Source of the DNA: Alkanindiges sp. WGS2144 | Lineage (GTDB): Bacteria > Pseudomonadota > Gammaproteobacteria > Pseudomonadales > Moraxellaceae | Direction: 5' to 3' (one strand) | NCBI RefSeq assembly: GCF_043950625.1 | Contig: NZ_CP171007.1 | DNA length: 32,000 nt | In this document: positions 27,682 through 32,000 of the stretch, in pieces | How the letters are laid out: every line of letters starts with the position of its first letter | How positions within the stretch are numbered: position 1 is the stretch's first letter | Program-made: the position numbers and the translations under genes | The notes under the pieces: model-generated | What the model was told of the DNA's origin: nothing | Database searches by the model: none | The model's input: only the letters and a program-made list of their open reading frames with translations

Positions 27682-28227
27682 ATGGGTATTTTTAACTTTG
27701 TAAAAGGTATTGGCGACAAACTATCATCATCACATCAGGCACACGCTGCTACTCCGAATAATAACCGACCTGCCGCACCGGTACAGAATACAGCGCCCCA
27801 TCAGGCTGCACCACAGACTGCAAAATCGGCTGAACCTAGTGCCCAGCAGGTTGCAAATGCACTGCTGAGCCGTATTCAAGGCTTGGGGTTAGGGATTGAA
27901 GGTCTAAGTATTCATTATGAAGGCAGTACCGATACTGCCACCATCAAAGGCGTGGCTAAAACTCAGGCTGACCGGGAAAAAGCGATTTTGGCAGCGGGCA
28001 ATGTGGATCATGTGGCCAAGGTGGATGACCAAATGACGGTAGCTACCCCTGCACCAGAGAGCAAATTCTATACCGTAAAATCAGGTGATAACCTATCCAA
28101 GATTTCCAAGGAAATGTATGGCGATCCTAATCAGTACCAGAAAATTTTTGAGGCCAACCAGCCCTTGCTGAGTAGCCCGGACAAAATTTATCCGGGGCAG
28201 GTATTACGCATTCCCGCAGCTGCTTAA
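27682..28227 (+). CDS. BON + LysM domain protein (Kbp/YgaU-like)
   Basis: MGIFNFVKGIGDKL..., ...DDQMTVATPAPESKFYTVKSGDNLSKISKEMYGDPNQYQKIFEANQPLLSSPDKIYPGQVLRIP is collinear with E. coli YgaU/Kbp. The ATG at 27682 has a GGAGA Shine-Dalgarno 8 nt upstream. Compared with E. coli it has an extra Gln/Ala/Pro-rich linker. Confidence 0.88.
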   Translation: MGIFNFVKGIGDKLSSSHQAHAATPNNNRPAAPVQNTAPHQAAPQTAKSAEPSAQQVANALLSRIQGLGLGIEGLSIHYEGSTDTATIKGVAKTQADREKAILAAGNVDHVAKVDDQMTVATPAPESKFYTVKSGDNLSKISKEMYGDPNQYQKIFEANQPLLSSPDKIYPGQVLRIPAAA

Positions 28228-28263
28228 GCAACTATGCTGAACTGACATCGCTTTAGATTATAG

Positions 28264-29394
28264 TTAGACCCCGGTTAGATCCGGGGTTGTTGTGCTGGCT
28301 TGACCACCTTTGCTACGTTGTTGTGCCAATGCCCAGTTGACATGCACCTGCACTACATCATCATGCTGGCTTTGCTCCAGTGCGGTAATAATTTCAGGAT
28401 CAAAGGGGGCATTGCCCAGACCAATAGCTATATTGCGCATAAAACCCTGATAACCGGTACGGCGAATCGCACTGCCTTCTGTTTTTTGTAAAAACTCTGC
28501 TTCACTCCATTGCCACAACTCAAGCAAGGTGGCCTGATCAAGCTGATGTCGCGCTTTAAAGTCATCTTCTGTAGATAGCTGTGCAAAGCGGTTCCACGGA
28601 CAAATCAGCTGGCAATCATCACAGCCAAATACCCGGTTACCAATGGGTTTTCTGTATTCTTCAGGAATAATGCCCTGATATTCAATGGTTAAATAAGCAA
28701 TGCAGCGCCGGGCATCCAATTGGTACGGCGCAATGATGGCCTGGGTAGGGCAGATATCCAGACAGGCCGAGCAGCTACCACAGTGGGCAGTGGCTGGTTC
28801 ATCAAAAGGCAATTCCAAGCTGGTAAACAGCTCACCTAAAAAAAAGAACGAACCGGCTTTTTTATTGATCAGTAAAGTATGCTTGCCTGTCCAGCCCAGC
28901 CCACTTTGTTCGGCCAGTGCTTTTTCAAAGATTGGTGCTGAGTCGCTAAAAGGGCGTGATTCAAAAGCCCCTATCCTGGCGGCAATACGCTGGGCAAGTT
29001 GCTTCAGGCGGCTACGCATGACCTTGTGATAGTCACGCCCACGAGCGTACCGCGCCACTATTGCCTGATTGGGTTCATACGGTACATAGCGGTGTGGAGG
29101 TGCAATGGCCAGATAATCCATCCGTACACAAATAATACTGCGTGTACCTGGCACCAGCAGGGCAGGATTGGCACGCATGGAAAGATTGGCAGCCAGATAG
29201 CCCATATCCGCATGGTGGCCTTTATCCAGATAATTTTGCAGATGAACCATTTGTTCTTGAGTATCAGGCCGGGCAATACCGCAATCGGCAAAACCCAGCT
29301 CCCTGGCCTGAGCCTTGATCCAGTTTTTCAGTGCAATGGGATGTTGTCTTAAGGCTTCATCAATTAAGGCAATATCTGCTTTGTTCCGTAACAT
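28264..29394 (-). CDS. queG: Epoxyqueuosine reductase QueG
   Basis: Two ferredoxin-type clusters (CGSCSACLDICPTQA and CDDCQLICPWN), the motif CIAYLTIE, and a HEAT-like C-terminus. It is divergent from nnr, as yjeS/yjeF are in E. coli. Confidence 0.92.
   Translation of the reverse strand: MLRNKADIALIDEALRQHPIALKNWIKAQARELGFADCGIARPDTQEQMVHLQNYLDKGHHADMGYLAANLSMRANPALLVPGTRSIICVRMDYLAIAPPHRYVPYEPNQAIVARYARGRDYHKVMRSRLKQLAQRIAARIGAFESRPFSDSAPIFEKALAEQSGLGWTGKHTLLINKKAGSFFFLGELFTSLELPFDEPATAHCGSCSACLDICPTQAIIAPYQLDARRCIAYLTIEYQGIIPEEYRKPIGNRVFGCDDCQLICPWNRFAQLSTEDDFKARHQLDQATLLELWQWSEAEFLQKTEGSAIRRTGYQGFMRNIAIGLGNAPFDPEIITALEQSQHDDVVQVHVNWALAQQRSKGGQASTTTPDLTGV
28268..28287. other. GC-rich hairpin inside the queG 3' end, downstream of the LysM gene
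   Basis: ACCCCGG (28268..28274) pairs with CCGGGGT (28281..28287) and is followed on the plus strand by TGTTGTG. It may terminate the convergent LysM transcript. Confidence 0.3.
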
Positions 29395-29528
29395 GACTCC
29401 CTACCTGAACAGAAAATTTATCTTAAAATGACAAGCAGAATTAAAACTGTCATGATCGGGTAAATGCCCATCCCATCGTTTTAATATCTCATACCTACGT
29501 GAATCAGGTAAAAAAAGAAGGATTTTTC

Positions 29529-31013
29529 ATGCGTCCTGTCATTTATCACAGTGAACAGTTACAAGCCTGGGAGCATCGCTGGTTTAGTGCAGGCAACAGT
29601 AGTTATGGCTTAATGCAGCAGGCCGCATGGCAAATGACACAGCATATTATAGCGCAACTTGGCATGGTAATAGCCAGAGAGCCGGTTATTGGCTTGTGGT
29701 GCGGTGCAGGAAATAATGGCGGGGATGGCTGGCTAATTGCAGCTTATTTAAAACAGGCTGGTTTTTGTGTCTGGGTACATGAAGCTGTAACCCCCCAAAG
29801 TAGTGATGCCAGAAGTGCTCAGGCTTTTGCCTTATCCACAGGGTTAAAGGTTTATCCACAACTGGAGGAATTGCCCAGGGCCGATGTACATATTGATGCC
29901 TTGTTTGGTATTGGCCTGAACCGCCCGTTATCAGGTCAATATACAAACATCATTGCGCAGTTTAACCAGCAATCAGGATATAAAATAGCGGTAGATATTC
30001 CCAGTGGTTTGCAGGCTGATACAGGCAGGGTGTTTGGCACTGCCTGTAGGGTTGACTTAAGCTTGACAGTGCTAGGCTATAAAGCTGGCCTGTTTACCGG
30101 ACAGGGCGCGGCTTATGCGGGTCAGGTCATATATATTGAGCTATTACCCCCGGACAGTTTTTTAAAGCCTTTAGCCTACCTTGATATACACTCTCCCTGT
30201 TTGCCCAGACGCTCAAAGACCAGCCACAAAGGCAGCAATGGTCATGTGCTGGTGATCGGAGGTAATGAGAATATGGGTGGTGCTGCTATTCTGTCTGCTG
30301 AGGCAGCATTGGCAGTGGGTGCCGGCAAAGTTACCCTGCTTACTCACTCCAGGCATCATGGGGCTGTTTTGTCCCGTTGCCCCAATATAATGTTGCTGGG
30401 TTTTCCTGCTGTTGAGCAGTTCAAGCCGGAATGGGCAGATCATATTAGCCAGGGTATGGATTGTGTGGCGATGGGCATGGGGCTTGGACGTGATGAGTGG
30501 GCAAAGGCTATCTGGCAGGCCTTTTTACCGTTGCTTGAACAGAAAAACCATATTCAAAAAGTAGTGCTGGATGCTGATGCCTTATGGCATTTGGCAGATG
30601 AGCAACATATAGAGCCTGAGCTACATTCGCACTGTTATTGCACGCCGCATCCGGGCGAAGCAGCCCGGTTACTAGGTACGAATACGGTAGCGGTTGAGCA
30701 GGATCGTATTGCCGCTATTTACGCCTTGCAGAGAAAGTATGGGGGCAACTGGCTGCTGAAAGGGGCTGGCAGCCTGAGTCTGGATCAGCACAGTTTAACA
30801 ATATGTGGGCTGGGCAATCCTGGAATGGCAACGGCGGGCATGGGCGATATACTGGCAGGTATGGCAGCTGGTTTACTGGCGCAACTGCCTGATATGGCTT
30901 TACATGAGGTAGTTGCCTTACATGCTGCTGCCGGTGACCTGTTGGCACAAGCTGGTGAGCGCGGCATACAGGCTACTGACATGCTGGGCGTGCTCAGGCA
31001 GGTGGTCAACTAA
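29529..31013 (+). CDS. nnr: Bifunctional NAD(P)H-hydrate repair enzyme Nnr (YjeF: epimerase + ADP-dependent dehydratase)
   Basis: The N-terminal YjeF_N motif GAGNNGGDG and the C-terminal kinase-fold motifs (GGAAILSAEAALAVGAGKV, GNPGMATAGMGDILAG) are present. The ATG at 29529 follows a GAAGGA Shine-Dalgarno. Confidence 0.92.
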   Translation: MRPVIYHSEQLQAWEHRWFSAGNSSYGLMQQAAWQMTQHIIAQLGMVIAREPVIGLWCGAGNNGGDGWLIAAYLKQAGFCVWVHEAVTPQSSDARSAQAFALSTGLKVYPQLEELPRADVHIDALFGIGLNRPLSGQYTNIIAQFNQQSGYKIAVDIPSGLQADTGRVFGTACRVDLSLTVLGYKAGLFTGQGAAYAGQVIYIELLPPDSFLKPLAYLDIHSPCLPRRSKTSHKGSNGHVLVIGGNENMGGAAILSAEAALAVGAGKVTLLTHSRHHGAVLSRCPNIMLLGFPAVEQFKPEWADHISQGMDCVAMGMGLGRDEWAKAIWQAFLPLLEQKNHIQKVVLDADALWHLADEQHIEPELHSHCYCTPHPGEAARLLGTNTVAVEQDRIAAIYALQRKYGGNWLLKGAGSLSLDQHSLTICGLGNPGMATAGMGDILAGMAAGLLAQLPDMALHEVVALHAAAGDLLAQAGERGIQATDMLGVLRQVVN

Positions 31014-31028
31014 CAACTGAAATAATAC

Positions 31029-31574
31029 CTAGCGCCGCCTTGCCCCACGGGTTCTACCGCGAGCCATGCCGCTACCAATCATATTCATTACCGCGAGCCG
31101 GTTTAAGCTGCCGGAGGTGTGGGCGTGGCAAATGGCACAGGCCAGCGCATCGGCAGCATCGGCCTGCGGTTTAATGCTTAAGCTGAGCAGGCGCATAACC
31201 ATCATTTGTACCTGTTCCTTATCGGCAGCGCCATAGCCTACCACTGACTGTTTAATTTGCCGTGCCGTGTACTCTGCCACTGTCAGGTTCTGATTTACCA
31301 GTGCGGTAATCGCCGCGCCCCGTGCCTGTCCAAGCTTTAAGGCAGAGTCCGGGTTTTGTGCCATAAATACCTGTTCAACTGCTGCTTCGGTAGGCTGGTG
31401 AAAATCTACAATACGGCTGATCCCATCAAAAATCCGCTTGAGCCGTTCGGGTAGATCCATGGTTTCAGTACGGATGGTGCCAGCATCGACAAACAGCAGT
31501 TTGGAGCCTTCTTTTTCAATAATGCCATAGCCGGTTAAGCGTGATCCCGGGTCAATCCCAATAATTAATGGCAT
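31029..31574 (-). CDS. ruvC: Holliday junction resolvase RuvC
   Basis: [19 protein letters not shown]..., [19 protein letters not shown] and [10 protein letters not shown]. The ATG at 31574 has an AAGGA Shine-Dalgarno 5 nt upstream and matches the E. coli RuvC N-terminus. Confidence 0.95.
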   Translation of the reverse strand: MPLIIGIDPGSRLTGYGIIEKEGSKLLFVDAGTIRTETMDLPERLKRIFDGISRIVDFHQPTEAAVEQVFMAQNPDSALKLGQARGAAITALVNQNLTVAEYTARQIKQSVVGYGAADKEQVQMMVMRLLSLSIKPQADAADALACAICHAHTSGSLNRLAVMNMIGSGMARGRTRGARRR

Positions 31575-31644
31575 GACCATCCTTTAAAAATCTTAAACTG
31601 CCCTTATTTTTACACAGAATACATCAGTTTTGCTGCGTGAAATG

Positions 31645-31682
31645 ATCAGGCTTTGCATTAAACTGCAAATCGCCTGATTTTT
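31645..31682 (+). other. Terminator-like hairpin plus T-run immediately upstream of fxsA
   Basis: ATCAGGCTTTGCA (31645..31657) pairs with TGCAAATCGCCTGAT (31664..31678) with a 2-nt bulge, followed by TTTT. The structure ends 16 nt before the fxsA ATG. Confidence 0.4.
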
Positions 31683-31697
31683 AGTGGAAGAAAATAA

Positions 31698-32000
31698 ATG
31701 ATCAAGCCGTTGTTGTTGCTGTTAGTGGGTATTGTGATTGAGGTGATTGTCTGGGTGACGCTGGCACAGTTTATGAGTGGCTGGTGGATTGTACTGTGGA
31801 CTATAGGAACCTTCATCCTTGGTCTTAAGGTACTGCGTGGTAGCGCGTCCAGCATTATGCCCCAGCTACAGCAAATGCAGGTTACCGGACAAATGAGTGC
31901 CGAACCAAAAGTACAGACTAATCTGGCAAGAGCACTAGCAGGCTTTTTACTCTTATTGCCAGGCGTGCTCAGTGACATTCTGGCCTTGCTTATGCTCATT
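31698..32000 (+). CDS. fxsA: FxsA family membrane protein; 3' end runs off the right edge
   Basis: Not in the ORF track because there is no stop in the window. ATG 31698 opens MIKPLLLLLVGIVIEVIVWVTLAQFMSGWWIVLWTIGTFILGLKVLRG...LAGFLLLLPGVLSDILALLMLI, matching the FxsA pattern (...PGFLTD...). It displaces the antisense 31658..31999 ORF. Confidence 0.8.
   Translation, partial: MIKPLLLLLVGIVIEVIVWVTLAQFMSGWWIVLWTIGTFILGLKVLRGSASSIMPQLQQMQVTGQMSAEPKVQTNLARALAGFLLLLPGVLSDILALLMLI

Noticed and set aside
31658-31999. 113-aa minus-strand ORF at the right edge
   Set aside because: The opposite strand encodes a convincing FxsA N-terminus with a Shine-Dalgarno, starting at 31698. The minus-strand ORF is its antisense shadow.

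Overview
This window looks like conserved core chromosome of a gammaproteobacterium. The gene order resembles Pseudomonadales/Moraxellaceae (Acinetobacter-like), but that taxonomic guess comes from remembered synteny only. About 35 protein genes are recognisable from their translated sequences. In order: gatC (minus strand, partial, absent from the ORF track); mreB-mreC-mreD-maf-rng; a 60-aa orphan ORF; a Trp-rich small membrane protein, coaX and birA (minus strand); a GntR/FCD regulator followed by smc-zipA-ligA; an MFS transporter convergent with otsB-otsA; a bacterioferritin-like gene; rluB, scpB, scpA, yciO and epmC (minus strand); yceD-rpmF; fabD-fabG-acpP; a BON-LysM (Kbp/YgaU-like) gene; queG (minus strand) divergent from nnr; ruvC (minus strand); and a partial fxsA (plus strand, absent from the ORF track). 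Many ORF-track starts are over-extended TTG/GTG starts, and I moved them to the start that matches the conserved N-terminus. I found no rRNA, tRNA, CRISPR array, transposase, integrase, phage gene or recognisable defence or toxin-antitoxin module. I also found no convincing evidence of a new multi-gene system. The findings are therefore modest: an extremely Gln-rich SMC coiled coil; a bacterioferritin homolog lacking the heme-ligand Met52, behind an AT-rich region with Fur-box-like sites; two small uncharacterised ORFs; several unexplained RNA hairpins or attenuator-like structures; and a few short repeats in intergenic DNA. All functional calls rest on motif recognition by eye. No database search was run.
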